From Azolla caroliniana (Eukaryota; Plantae; Polypodiophyta): DNA of 64,000 bases. Shown piece after piece: positions 27,572 through 40,867 of this stretch (positions are counted from its first letter, which is position 1; each line of letters opens with the position of its first letter). The stretch lies in assembly GCA_043228905.1 (NCBI GenBank), contig JBHGNT010000008.1, positions 18,662,001 through 18,726,000 on the forward strand, written 5' to 3'. A program made the translations under genes and the position numbers. The notes beneath the pieces are model-generated. The model did no database searches. It was not told the DNA's origin and saw nothing but the letters and a program-made list of their open reading frames with translations.

Positions 27572-30500
27572 CTAAAACACTGTATCCTTAGTGGTATCAT
27601 GTAATCCCAAAAGCATGTCATAAAGCGCATCTGCTTTTTGCTTTTTGGCATGCTGACCTGTGTCCTCAAGTTTCTCTGTTTGTGGCAAAGGTATTTTACA
27701 TGCAGAAATGTATGCAACCTTCTTGATTGTTGCAGGAGTTGAGTCACAACAATCTACTTCCGGAATTGATAGTTTCAAGCCTTTCAGACTTCCTCGCTCC
27801 TCGGAAATTCCAGCAGAATTCAATTCGATGACAGCCTTTTCTACAAAACCTGATGGGTTGCACAAATATTTTTAAGGCTGCAAAAATACCAAGTAATCAC
27901 ATGTAAAACAGAGAAAGACAATAGACAAACAAATACCTGGCATCGAAGAGCAAGGTGCACTGAACCCTTTCACATTTTCTTGTTCCTTGGGTAATCCAGC
28001 TGAATTCAATTCAATGAAAACCTTTTCTAAAAGTACATCAGTTACATACACAAGAATTTTAAGGCTGCAGAAATACCAAATAATAGCATGTAAAAAAGAG
28101 AAAGGCATTGACAAATAAATACCTGGCATTGAAGAGCACGATGCACAACCTTCCTGTTCACTAACATTTCCTACCATCTCCTGATGCTGGTGGGTGGAAC
28201 TGGTTCCAAAAGAAAGAGTCCCCTCATCATCCCATTTACAATTGAGATAATTGGGGATTTTACCATTCTCTTCCTGTAAAGGAAATAGTTTCATCTCCCC
28301 TATTCTTCCTACCTTCATAAATCAAATGTTACTGAAATCTATAATATGGGTTTCATTAACTTACTGGCTTATACTTGAACCACGCTGATAACAAGTTGAA
28401 TATGCATATAAAGTCATGAAGTACCTGTTTAGCAAAAGAGTTAAAAACTTCAACAGAACTGTTACGCTCTTGAGAATTTCTAGGTTTAACAATAAGAGCA
28501 ATGAGCAGACACAAAAAGGTACAAAATGCACCGTTATATTATACAACTCAGATATTACAAGTATCTCCAAGGATTGGGATGAATCGGCACAACAATGAGC
28601 TCAATCTGAGAGCACCAGAGAGAGCAAAAATACCAATCAGGAAAATATTGAATCACCCTTCCTCCAAGTTCCATGTCTTTATGTAACGGCCTGACATGGC
28701 TGTTGGGGCTAGCCATTGGGACTCTGTTGGGACTAATGTTGGGTCTGGGATGGGCTGTTTGGTAAGACCCAGTCATGTTTGGGACTGAGTGCACCCGGGG
28801 CTTCTAGAGCTTGAGTTCCAACAAGCTTACAAAACTAGGTTAGCTGTACAAAAAATAGGAACACCGACTTTGGATTAGGAGCCTCAAACATTTGAGGCTG
28901 TATCGCGGTTGCTATAGTAATCGAGCACCATTTCTCAATGTCACTCAATCATATCTGCTTCTTCCACCCATGTAGTCACTGCTGGAGAATGGCTTCAAGT
29001 ATGAACACCAAATGGTGTACTAACTTGCAGTGTCCCTTGTCCCCATTTCTGATCTGGCATGAAATGCTCGAGTAGACTGACATAGAATGTGTTGTGCATT
29101 CGTAGTCTCAGTGGTAGCTCAAGGTTGTAGGTGATTTTGTTAAGGCATTGTAACACATTATATGGTCCATAAAAGCGGTGATTGAATTTAGTGGTGGGAG
29201 ACCCATATGTTTGGCACTAAATCGCCAGTTTGGAATGTCACATCAATTCGTCACTGATTAGCTTGTTTTGTCATTTGCTTTTACTAAGGTTGCCCTGTGC
29301 CTTGGACCAAGTCTCTTGCCATGCCTTCAAGAACTCATCTAATTCCAAATTTCCGTGTCAGGCACGTTGGCACTTATAGCTAGAGGTGTAAGCACTTCTT
29401 TACACGTTGCCAATGGAAAAGGTGAGAATCCCATGGCCGAGTGTTTTGCTGAGCTGTAACAGAACTCGAGTGTATCTACGTGGGAGATCCAGTCTTTCTG
29501 ATCCGTCCTTACATATCATCGTAAATCATCTTCAAGGCCTTTGTTAAGACATTCCATTTGGCCATCTGTTTCGAGATGGTGCGAAGATGATATACAGAAT
29601 TCCGCTCCCATTAGCTGAAACAATAATTGAAGCGCTTTCCTCCTCAAAAGGCCGTGGACCATAGGATTGAGCTCATCACAGGTAGCACACCACCCTCGAA
29701 GGCCCCTTATCGAATGGATCACATGCAACTACAGGAGTTAAAGAGGCAACTAGAAGAACTTGAAGAGAAAGGGATTCATCTGGCCTAGCAATTCCCCTTA
29801 CGGAGCTCCAGTTATAGAAGGAAGGCTGGGAGCTTAAGGCTGTGCACAGACTACAATGGCCTTGAATAATATAAGTAGTCCCAAGGTTCAGGAAAATAAT
29901 CAATATGGATGGGTGGGAATCGGGACAACCATAAGTCCGATCTGTGTGCAGCAGAGAGAGCAGAAATACCCAATCAGGAAAATTGCGAACCCCCTTTCCT
30001 CCATGTTCCACCTCTTTATATAGGGGCCTGACATGGCTGTTGGGACTAACCGTTGGGACATGACCGTTGGGACTGGGACTGGGCTGTTTGGTAAGTCTCA
30101 GTCATGTTTGGGACTGTCTGCTGTCTGGACTGGCTGAGTGAACCACAGGAACAGTACCAGTTCAGTTTTATTATAACACTGACTGAGTAATGCAATGTCA
30201 ACACAAAAATACTCGACCAGTCCTGCAGCTAGACAAGCAATCAATCACATGGCACAGATACATCTTAGTCAATAATGGTAATGTGGAGGCACACAGTAAC
30301 TCAACACATCAAGGAAAGGCATTCAATGCTTTCCTTCATCTATTTTATTTTTTCCTGGCATACTAAAGTTCAACGGCACAAGTACCATGGCAATGACTTA
30401 AAATGTTGTTAAGACAATATCATTTCATTTGGGTATCACTTTGACCAGTCGTGCAGCTGGATAAGCAATCAATTGTACTTATAACTTACCATGACACAAA

Positions 30501-33176
30501 ACGGCATTCAATAGTTTCTTTTATCGTGGCATTGAGCTATTTTCCCAAAAAAACCCTTGCAGTGCCATTACACCAGGGCCCACAAGTATCAAGATGAGTC
30601 GGTGCTGTTTGTTCTCACCTGAGACAGCAGAATTTCAATCTTTGAATGAGGGAAGCAGGGAACCTAATCTATCATGTTATCCTGTCTATCATGATGTAAT
30701 CAAGAGATGGAATTTCGCAAGGAATTTTGGTTTCACTTCCAGCTTCCACCTCGAGTCAGTGTGGACTTGAGCATATCTGTGACATGATGTTTATTCCGGC
30801 CTCTTCTGGCGTTGAGATAAATGGAGGTTATCTTGCCCAGCACATGTAGCCAACGGGCTTATTGTCGTCTCTAAAAATCTCTTTGTTCTAAATATCCATG
30901 CCATACCATTGGGCCCACAAACTTATTTGGTTATACCATCATGGTGCTACTTGATCGGCTCTTGGAGAGTTTGGAATGGGACTCTTCCCTCGTTTATCTT
31001 TCTAACCCTAGAAAGGTATTCTAGTGTTCATCACAAAGCTTTCAATCATTGACATAACCACCGAGGAAAATGGTTAAAAAAAAACTGTCAGTGCTACTGC
31101 AACATGAAGCCTTCAGTTGTCTAGTCAAAACCAAATTATGCAATTTATTGCTAATTACAGCTCCTGATTCCAGTAACTTTATCTAATTTTACCAGCATAA
31201 CAAGAAATCAGAAGCTACACAATCCACAAGATATGATTTTGAGGCATTTTACTACAAAATCCAAAAATTCTAGATCAAGTAGTTCTTTAAATACAAACCA
31301 TTTTTAATAAATAGTCGATAAGATAGAAAACTGAGAAGAAACCTGCTGTGATAACACCCGGAGACGTGCAAGAGTTGCAAGGATTGTGAGTGCAAAGGCC
31401 ATAAAGAATGTCTGACCGAGGAGACCAGCAACTTGTCTAACATAATGAAAGAGAAAACATGTAGTAGTGATTGACCAATCTTTCAACTGTAGCCATGTGG
31501 AACACAAGATAGAGGAGCTAGAAACACTCCTTTAGAGAATTAACTGCATTGCTCTATAATCAATTATCATATCCTATGTTAACTGGTTAAAGAAGGCATA
31601 CACATTTTCGAACATCAAATTATGGGTATAGAATTGTTATAAAAATGTAAAATGTAGAGGCTTGATTAAAGGATACAAGCTCGCCGAAAGAATCGATTCT
31701 GCCATCTGTAAAGCGATATAAATATTTCTAAGATAAGAAGCCAATCAACATATTTATACAATATTTAGAAAGTACTAAATCCCTGTACAAAATGCAGTTC
31801 TCCTATTAGTTGGATGCAACTGAAATGTAGTGAAGTGTTGCATTAATCCTGACAATTCACAAACTAAACCTCCATGACTGCATTCTCATGCTCAAGTATG
31901 AGACAGGATACCACACGTTCATGTAATATTAACTGTCTCCTTATGCAGAGCACTGGATAGGATTCACCGTTATCAGACACTGCAAGGAATTTCACAATGT
32001 GAACGAAAGTATAAGCATCTAGACACCTAGAAAGTGTTCAATGATTGAGAGAGCAACAGAAGCACTAAGCTATGTGAGTCTGTTCTTTGTCATTCTCTGG
32101 AATGACAAACAAAATGATTTTAAATGAGACGTCAGTGGAATTAAGGTAATTGATGTGGTTAGAATATAAATGCGTGAAACCACATTTTTAGCATGTGAAC
32201 TAGGTCCCAAGTTCACCATACATGTTTATATGGACAAATGTCGGGAGTGATGACACAAGTCACCATTGGAAGAAACAATTGGAATTTGAGTCTGAACATT
32301 AGTGATGAAATGTAACTTGGACATTCATATCAAGGGTGTTCACAATAACAAATAGGAGGTGTGTGAAAGGAAGCAAGAATTTGGCACCTTATGCTTGTTA
32401 TTTTGGGCGTTATATGAGTCCTTGATGTTATTCTTTAAGGAGAAAAATGTTTCATGAAGAAATGGCCAACCTCTATCATGTTTCTCCATATGACATCTGA
32501 GTTATACTTTGGTTTCCCATGGGATTGTTTCCTGCTTGTTTTGTGTCAATTCAGCAAGCTTTAAAAGGTAATACTTGTCTATGAGAGTGTGTGTATCATC
32601 TTTCAATATTCAGAGTTCTCAGTTATTGCCTGAACAATTACAAACACCAAATTTATTTAGATATGGAAATGTAGTTTAAACATGTATCACACCTGGTCCA
32701 AAAGTCTCACTGCTCCATAAATATGCCTCCTCAAATCTGAAACTTTTGAAATAACTGACTCATCTTTTCTGAAGAAAATCAATGCAACAGTTCTACATAC
32801 AATGAGCAGTGTACATTCAAACGAATTCAACTTGGTTTACATGTCATCGAGGAAATGAAATGTACCTTGATTGAATGGTGTTTTGGTGACATTGCTCAAA
32901 GCTCTGAAGCAATTGAGATAATCGGGCAGATTGAAGCAAGCGTAACTCTCCTCGAACCTGTTCGCATGGACAAGAACCCTCAAGAACCCTTCAATGGAGA
33001 TTAAAAGCCATTTCAAAGAAGGGACATACTTGGCGCAGCCTTCGGAAATATAGGGCCCTGCGATGTTGATTGGCATTCTTGTACATAAGACGTTCGAATA
33101 TTATCATTTCATTACTCAACTGAAGAAGAACTTTCTGAAGGCGATGCATAATAGCTGCAGAGGGATGATGCTCCAT
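27572..33176 (-). CDS. NEPRO: NEPRO/Rmp1-like (DUF4477) protein, ~335 aa, 9 coding exons
   Basis: Exons 33030-33176, 32866-32957, 32693-32768, 31677-31705, 31343-31436, 28365-28424, 28123-28273, 27937-28026 and 27572-27840 (1008 nt, in frame). Family motifs ERLMYKNANQHRRALYFRRLRQV and LLGQTFFMAFALTILATLARLRVL. Probable 5'-UTR exon ending at 38723. Confidence 0.8.
28460..30147 (-). mobile_element. Truncated, internally rearranged Ty3/gypsy (chromovirus-like) element in a NEPRO intron
   Basis: Two diverged LTR-like direct repeats (~28565-28790, ~29900-30115). Minus-strand integrase and chromodomain (HHLETDGQMECLNKGLEDDLR, YGPYNVL..YNLELPLRLRMHNTFYVSLL) at ~28930-29640. Plus-strand RT N-terminus (VDHRIEL..PSKAPYRM..ELKRQLEEL..SNSPYGAPV) at ~29640-29880. 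Outer ends approximate. Confidence 0.8.
31437..31676 (-). other. Probable U12-type (minor) GT-AG intron
   Basis: The donor reads |GTATCCTTT, the U12 consensus. A branch-like TTCTTTAACC lies at ~31585-31594. Confidence 0.7.
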
Positions 33177-34269
33177 CACAGACTGCAAAAGGTTGAACAT
33201 CCCAAAATGCATTTATTTGATTGATAATGCAGAAATAATAATCAAAATTAACTTAAACTATGTTTCTTTAAGGTACTAGCGACCCAAATATCTTCGCTAT
33301 GGAGAGATTATGGTGTCATGGAGAAAGTATTGCTTCATTGCATCTATCAATAGCAATTGATATATTTAAAGTATAATTTCTTTTAAAACACTCAAGATAA
33401 CCTAGAAAAGAAGTTTCAAAAACAAAGATAAGTTCTTTTTCTTTTGATTAGGCTGCTGCAAACAGTTTTATTCCATTACAACTATGATTTAAATGCAATT
33501 GAAGGTCCAGAATGTACTATGAAGCACCCTTTGAAATCAAAGATGGTGTGTATACTCAATAATTTTCTACAACACTAAGAATTGGCTAATACCCTAAAAG
33601 TAAACAATTAAGCATAGAATTGGTTAATACTTTGGTCCAAAGCAAACAGAAATTCTGATCTGTTGAATATAAATACTTCTATCGAAAGGAGCATCTACAA
33701 GGAACAACATTATAACTTGCAAATTACAAATCCTCTTAAAAGAAGCTATTGACTAGCGATTTCATGTAGCCAGTGAACTTTGTCCAGATTGTAAATTTCT
33801 TAACAAACATGAATGGTATGGTTCGAGCAAAGTCATGTGAAATCTTGACGAACTATAACCAGCCATCCTACTAGCTAGTAAACAAACTAATAAATTTTTA
33901 AAAATTAATGTTTTTCCCGTTTTTTATCATGTTTCAATCGTTAATGTAGACATATATACTGTAAATAAAAGAGAACACAATAATAGGAGAACAGCCTTAG
34001 TCTAATGAGGGCTAAGGAAAAAAAGTATGTTCATATGCACAGAATCTCAACACTCTTCACATTAATCTGCAAGACCCAGTAAGCGGATTTGATTTCTAAC
34101 CCTAGGATGCAAAATCTCCACATGACACTAATCCAATGTGATAAAAATGCACTCAAACTGTCATCAAATGAAGGAAAATTCCTAATAAGCAGGTTTTGGC
34201 CCACTATGGAAGCTAATGGAAAATAAGGATCAACAGTATGTGGGGATTTCTCACTAGAACTGAAGAGGC

Positions 34270-35507
34270 AAGCTCGTCAAAAAGAACAATCACAGCTTTC
34301 ATTAGTCCCATCACTCTTACTTAAGCTACAAGTCAATCAAGGGCTACACAAGTGGGCTCCCGACCAGGACATTGTAAAGGGGTTACAATATATCAGGCAA
34401 TAGCAATTTTTCGTGCACATAAGCCCCAGCCTGGTGGATCACATTCTCACCACCCTTGTCATCGGATACCTCTTCAGTTCTATTTCTAATTACTTAGTTA
34501 CTCTTCTCTGTGGAGAAGAAATATGGGACCGAGTCTTAACAAGGCAAATAACTGGAATGATTTAGAGAGCCCTTTAGTCTCAAGGATTGCCCACATGATA
34601 AGGAGCAAAGCATTGGTTCTCTATATATAATCTGGTCAGAGAAGGGATTATTCCAATCAATCACGTGCATCCAACGGCTTTGGGAGATCCATAAATGAAG
34701 GTACTCAAGGTTGGCACTTATGTCATCAAAAAAACTTGGTGAACATAGAGACGTTCATTGTTGGTATGCTGAAATGCAACAATGGTTTGAATGATATGGC
34801 ATAAGACTAAATGCACAACCCCCATTCCAATATAGCTTGGATTGTCCCCATCTAAACATGACCAAAGTGGAAAAGAATAGCGTGATCCGAACTTAACTTG
34901 AAAAAACAAGATAACATAGATCAGCCCCAAAATATCACTTGGTAGGATGATGGCCCACTATAAGACACTCTTTTTACACGCATAGGAGGATGGATTCATC
35001 ATCAGTGTCATAGGGCAGCTGCAAACTTCATCACATCAGTTAAAGATTGACGTACACAGATGCACGAATACCTCTAAAAGAAAGAATTTGCAAATTGTAC
35101 CATTAGGGAGTGAAATCTGAAGAACACTATGTTTGTCACTATAGTGTTTTATATGAAATAAGAGGGAGATACCATATTGCATCTTTAAACAAAGCTTTGG
35201 CCCACTATGCAAGGTAATGGAATATGAGGACCAACTCTGCTTGGGGCTTTTCTTGATAGAACTCAAGAGACACAGGGAAAAGTTGTTGAAGGACAATAGT
35301 ACAGCCACACAAGCTTATCAAAAAAAGAACAATCACAACTTTCTTTAGCCCCATCACTCCTGCTCATGCTACAAGTTAATAAAGGGCTACACAAATGGGC
35401 TCCCGACCAAGACATAACAAACGAGTTACAATAGATCAAGCAATAGCAATTTGTCGTGCACGTAGGCCCCAGCCCCATGGACCATGACCTCAGCACCCTT
35501 GTCATCG
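34270..35507 (+). repeat. ~195-bp diverged direct repeat pair (34270-34465, 35310-35507) in NEPRO intron 1
   Basis: AAAAGAACAATCAC..GGGCTACAC..GGGCTCCCGACCA..CACCCTTGTCATCG occurs twice, probably from TE decay. Confidence 0.75.
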
Positions 35508-35849
35508 ACAGATAAAGGCCATTATCTCCCGCCTCGCAGGTGCTTCCCTCACTTCTGAGACCTCTCCATTCTGGATCGACCTATGCTAGAGATCTTTCAA
35601 AGACAAAAGTTACTACACTTAAGATGTAATCTCTTGTTTGGTCCTATAGGCCATTTTGGCTTCTTAAGAGACATTACTATATCTTTCTTTCTTTCTGGTT
35701 GTTGACTTGGTGGTTACACTATAGCATCAAAGTCATAAAATTGAGAGAACTCAAGATCGATCCTCACTTATCCCATTGATCACAATCAGTCTCTCATGGA
35801 CATTAAAAAGCTATCTATATATTTCGTGGACCAAGCAAAGGCACAAAAG

Positions 35850-36830
35850 AAGAAATTTGTCTGGATTCTTTGTAGATTTCCATTAAGCCTTTGATATTGT
35901 ACCGAGGGAACAGCACCTACAAAGATTCCGTGCACTCAAAATTCCATCGGACATGATATGGGCTACATATGTGCTATATGAACAAGTGCTTGGACGAATT
36001 AGGTGTTTGGTGGGAGCTTTCAAAGGTAATCACAATCACCATTGGTATGAAGCAAGGATCCCCACTCTCCCTACCCTCTTCGAACTCTACATCAATGAGG
36101 TAGCGGACTACATCATACATGGAGATGGGCAGGGAATCAACATATTAAGCACAAGTGTTCAAATCCTTTTTTATGATGACAATAGACTTGGTCTCAAAAT
36201 CTCATGCAGGCCTATAGCATCTCAATGCCCTAGATAGTTTTTGTTGCAAAAAAGGCTCATGGTAAACCTAGGAAAGACTAAGACCATGATCTTCCACACA
36301 TCCACACAGACTTGACAAGCCATCTCCAACCTATCAAGAGGGCAAATTGAAGCAGTAGATTCCTGGGTATATCAAGAAGTCACATTTACAAGCACGAGTG
36401 AGCACTTCTTTATAACCTGAGCTGACAAAGACTGACTCATTCAAGGATAAGCAACTCTATATTCTCGAACAACAATGCCACTAGGCACACTTCCAAAAGC
36501 CCCATGCCAAAGTATGGTTATTCGCTACCAAAGTCACCACTACCCTCATGTACAATGGATCCATGGGGGCTCCAAACCTACCCCTGTACATGTTGTCACC
36601 GATGATACATAGCAAAGCATCCACCCAACACAATCATTTCTGCTGAATTGGCAACACTGTGCACGATGGTAGAAGCATTATTCCAAACAGTGAACCTCAT
36701 CAATCAAATTCACACCATGCCATGTCAAAGAATTACATGTAAGGAATTTGAAGCATCAAAGCAATCAACAACAACAGTATGTGCAGAAAGATCATGGTAC
36801 TCACAAGTGATGAAAAATGGTAGCTTCATA
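35850..36830 (+). mobile_element. Decayed non-LTR (LINE) reverse transcriptase fragment
   Basis: FVDF..AFDIVPR, IGMKQGSPLSPTLFELYINEV, VQILFYDD and VNLGKTKTMIF motifs, with frameshifts. Confidence 0.85.
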
Positions 36831-37044
36831 TATGTGAATTTGTGCTAGTCATGACATTAGCTATAGGTTAGGAAAAAATAAGAGACATTTCTTATGAACA
36901 TGGATTAATTGATGACCAGCTCACCTTTTGTCGTCCTTGCTTCAAACTCCCTCATCCACGTCTTTCTCCCCTTTGAGTGACTCCTTCATTCGTCTCTTCT
37001 GCATTCACCCGAGCAAGAAAACCATAATAAAATTTTCCAAAGAA

Positions 37045-37212
37045 GGAGACGAAGTGTGCACACACCAACCTAACACAACCCAAGTAAAGAGAAGAAGTGT
37101 GCACACACCAATCTAACACAACCCAAGTAAAGAGAAGAAGGACACTCACCAACCTAACACAAACCAGGTAAGAAGAAGAAGAAATGTACACTCACCAACC
37201 CTCAAACAAACC

Positions 37213-37246
<34 letters not shown>

Positions 37247-37258
37247 AAGAAGAAGAAC
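37045..37258 (+). repeat. ~43-bp tandem repeat (4 copies) ending in (GAA)n
   Basis: Unit GTGCACACACCAACCTAACACAACCCAAGTAAAGAGAAGAA. Confidence 0.8.
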
Positions 37259-38722
37259 TCACAACCTCTCCCAAACCCTCTAAAATCCCCAAAAATGGTG
37301 AAACCCAAACATTTCAATCAACTAAGATCTTTGATTATCATTTAGCATGCTTGGGACTCAATGGTACATTATTAGTCAATCTCTAGCATGATTTCTCAAC
37401 TTCATTTAAGTATATTCCTTTACCATGTTGACTCATTCTCCAAAAAAATTGACTAGAAAGTTATAATCTAGCTAAGTTAGGCTATAAATGAGTCATTGAA
37501 ACAATGAAACATACACATAGATTGAGCAAGAACGTTTGCATAACTCTTGGAATTGTCCATTCCACCCTACTCCAAATGAGATAGACGTAAGATAACTTAT
37601 GGAATGAAGGCCTCTAAATCATATAATACTAGAGAAATCTTATCAATTGAGTCGTAAATAATGAAATGTAAAAAGTGCTGATTGCTCAATGCAATGTCAA
37701 CTTGAGAAATGTTATATCGATTGCATCTAAATGGATCTTGCAAATTGAACTTCTTGAAAATGTTAATCTTAGGTTCCTTCCATTGACATGGTTGGACAAA
37801 TGTTAATCCCTTGAGCTCCTTGATGTTGATTGTGACTTGAACTTAATATTTTAGGTTATGTAAATTGAGCCAAGTGAGCTCAATTGCATTCGCTTATAGG
37901 CAAAGATTGTTTGCTAGCTTGATAATGCTTTGCAAGGAGGACACCATGCTATCAAATTTCTAGTGTCTTAGGACAACCTCAAATGAAGTGAGCATGGTGT
38001 AAGCACCAACATTGTTGTATTTAGGACTCACCCCAGGACTCACCTCATCATAGCTTTCTGCATGATGTTGGTATCTAAGTGGCATGCACACATTAAGGCA
38101 TGCACACATTAACTAATTAATCATGACATGAGGGAGCTGTGTTTTCTCTTAATTGTGATGTATCATAACTAGATTATATTGTGATCATTGGTTATTGAAG
38201 AATACTCTCTTCCTCATAGGAACCTTATTATTAAGCATGCTAAAGTATAGAAGATAATACTCATTAGTGCCCTTCACGAGAAGTAATTCTAAGCATATGA
38301 ATAAACTTCGTAAGCAATCTGACTCCCCTAAGTGAAATTTCCCACTATCCAGATTGCCTAAACAAACATGAATGCAATTTCAGTGCAACAGAAAGAAAGA
38401 AGGATATACTAACAGAGAGAAGAATGAATCTGAATATGAAATCATTTCCAGTCCAATTCTCTGAAAGGAAATATGCTTCAGTATGATTAACAAAAATGTT
38501 TCTTTTATTTTTGAATCCTGTCATCATGTCTTCGACGCTTGCGATGAAATTCCGTTTGCGGATATCCTGGATATTCACATTTGAAGTAGTGTGGGATAGA
38601 TACTTCAATCGAAAGTACTGCTTGGGGACTGCCTTTTTGGCGTTAGATAGGCAAGCAACAAGCCTTACAGTTATTGGATATAGGATCCTAAGAAAGCAAA
38701 TTAATATAGTATATGTGATTAC

Positions 38723-38810
38723 CTGAAGGCGTGTACTGTGTAGGCTGCAGGCAGCAGGAGGTCATCGCCGTCCCCTCTCCCTCTCTCTCTCTCTCTCTCT
38801 CCCTCACGTC
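38723..38810 (-). promoter_or_regulatory. Probable first (5'-UTR) exon of the NEPRO-like gene, with an upstream ATG at 38765
   Basis: GC-rich segment after a (GA)n tract, ending in donor CAG|GTAATC at 38723/38722. Confidence 0.6.
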
Positions 38811-38911
38811 TGTGAGGAGTCTCGTGAACCGTCACTCCGAGTGGAGACAGCAGACTTAGTGAATTGTCAATCTAGTCTCTCTATTATCTAACCTAATTAA
38901 ATCCCATAAAC

Positions 38912-39049
38912 AGCTGAACCGGTTTGAGCCGGTTTGGCAAGGCTCAACCCAAGCCAAGCCGAGATCAAACCGTTTAGGCAGGCTCAAGCCTAAGCTGAGC
39001 CGAGCCGCTAAGCCGTTTTAGGCTTGAGCCGAGCCGTTTCCAATCCCTG
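38912..39049. mobile_element. GAGCCG/AAGCC-rich MITE remnant
   Basis: Repeated AGCCGAGCC/GGCTCAAGCC motifs ending in ...CAATCCCTG, a hAT-like terminus. Confidence 0.5.
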
Positions 39050-39619
39050 GTCCAAACCTAAGAAGTATAAGCGTAAGGAGGATACAAGCTTCGACAAATT
39101 TGGAAGAGGTTAGAACGATAAGTTGAATCATTCAAGAAGCTAGTGACCACGTAAAATTGTTGTTGCACTGACAAATCTAGGACTTTATGCACTACCCCAT
39201 AAGGGGGGAAGAGAACTTTTATGTTCCCAAAATACCCTCCATTGCCAATAATTGCTATTAAACAAAAAAACTCAACTCCTCCCCCCGAACTATCCGTACA
39301 ATTAGAACATGTGCACACATTTACTCATAAACACAAATGCACACACACAATCACACATATACACATAAAAAAATACACATCCATACCCACATTATTGCTT
39401 CACACACGTAAATCGTTTAACTCACTCACATACACATCATCACACATTCACAAGAATGAGCTCATGCATTCTCATGCCAACAAAAACATTGCACGCACAC
39501 ATTTGCAAGCACATGTGCATGTGCACTTACATATATCCACGACAATACGCGCACATTTGCATGTGCACATACACTTAAATATATCCACAACACACACATA
39601 CAAAATCACACTCACGATT

Positions 39620-39856
39620 ATTATAGCATAAAAAGTTCAAACACACGCGAACATTTGCACATAATCATAGTGCTTGCAGTAGTACATTTCCATGAAAACC
39701 CATATCCATTCACGTGATACTTACATGCACAGTTACACATTTTGGCACTTCCAAATTTGAAACACCATTCCACAATGTTATACAGTGCACCCTATGCCTC
39801 AATGTCAACTTTTTATCCTTGGGATACAACATTGTGGTTTTCAGTAATGGAAATGG
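39620..39856 (+). repeat. Block A, copy 2
   Basis: Direct copy of 525-765, with several CG>TG/CA changes. Confidence 0.9.
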
Positions 39857-40828
39857 AGAATGGAGAATGCACGTATGGTTCATACTATGTATGCATAAGA
39901 GCATTTGATGTTCATAAGTCTGAAATTACCTTATACTAAATAATGAGTACAAAAGTATGGTAAATACCATACTTCGAGGGTGTTTACCATACTCGAATGA
40001 TATTGAAACCTACGAGAATGCAAATGCACGTATGGACAAAATAACGAAAAATTTGAAATCTCTGAGACATAAAGCTGAGATGTCTCCAGCCTTAGAAGAA
40101 CTAAGCTGACAAATCATGAATCATAGAACGCTTGAATGCTGGAAGGAATAAAGAAAATAAATAACTTGACTCCAAAGAAGTAGCGAGGAGACCAAAAAAA
40201 AAAAAAAAAAAAAACTCTAAAATCTTGCAGAAACCAGCAGAGGGGATTCGCGGAGTAATCTCGAGTCCTGCTGAGATGTCTGAGAGGTATTGGACGCTCA
40301 TGAAACTATTGGATTACTTACAAGCTCCGATTGATTGATCGATCTATCTTTCCTTTCCTTTCATCTTTCATTTCCTTTCATCTTCGATTTACGCGGACGA
40401 ATATACAGACAGATGCTAAGGAATCAGGTTTCGGAGGCAGAGCGAATCACAGCAGAAGAAGGGAAAGTTGAACAGAAACGGCAGGGGGAGCTTGGAAAAA
40501 GCATAGTGGTGGCGCAAACGGCGACAAAATCACAGAGATAGAGAAAGAGAGAGAGAGAGAGGATGGTACTTACCTGCAAAGGACGATGGATCGGAGACGC
40601 AGCCTGGCAAGGATCGGCGTGATATTATAGCAGCAGAAAGGGAACGGAATGGAAAAGGGAGGGGAAAGAGACAGAAGAAGAAGAAGAAGAAGAAGAAGCA
40701 TGTCCAAAAGACATACATACATACATACATACTCTACATACTTAACTTCTTCTGCTTCGCATGCGCGGCCTTCTCTGTCTCTCTGTCTGTCTGTCTCTGT
40801 CTGTTTGTCTGTCTGTGTCCGCATGCTT

Positions 40829-40867
<39 letters not shown>

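Noticed and set aside
30560-31035. Possible solo LTR in a NEPRO intron
   Set aside because: It has TG/CA-like ends, but I found no matching TSD or second copy.
39221-39631. 136-aa His/Thr-rich ORF
   Set aside because: CA-rich low-complexity sequence with no domain or splice support.
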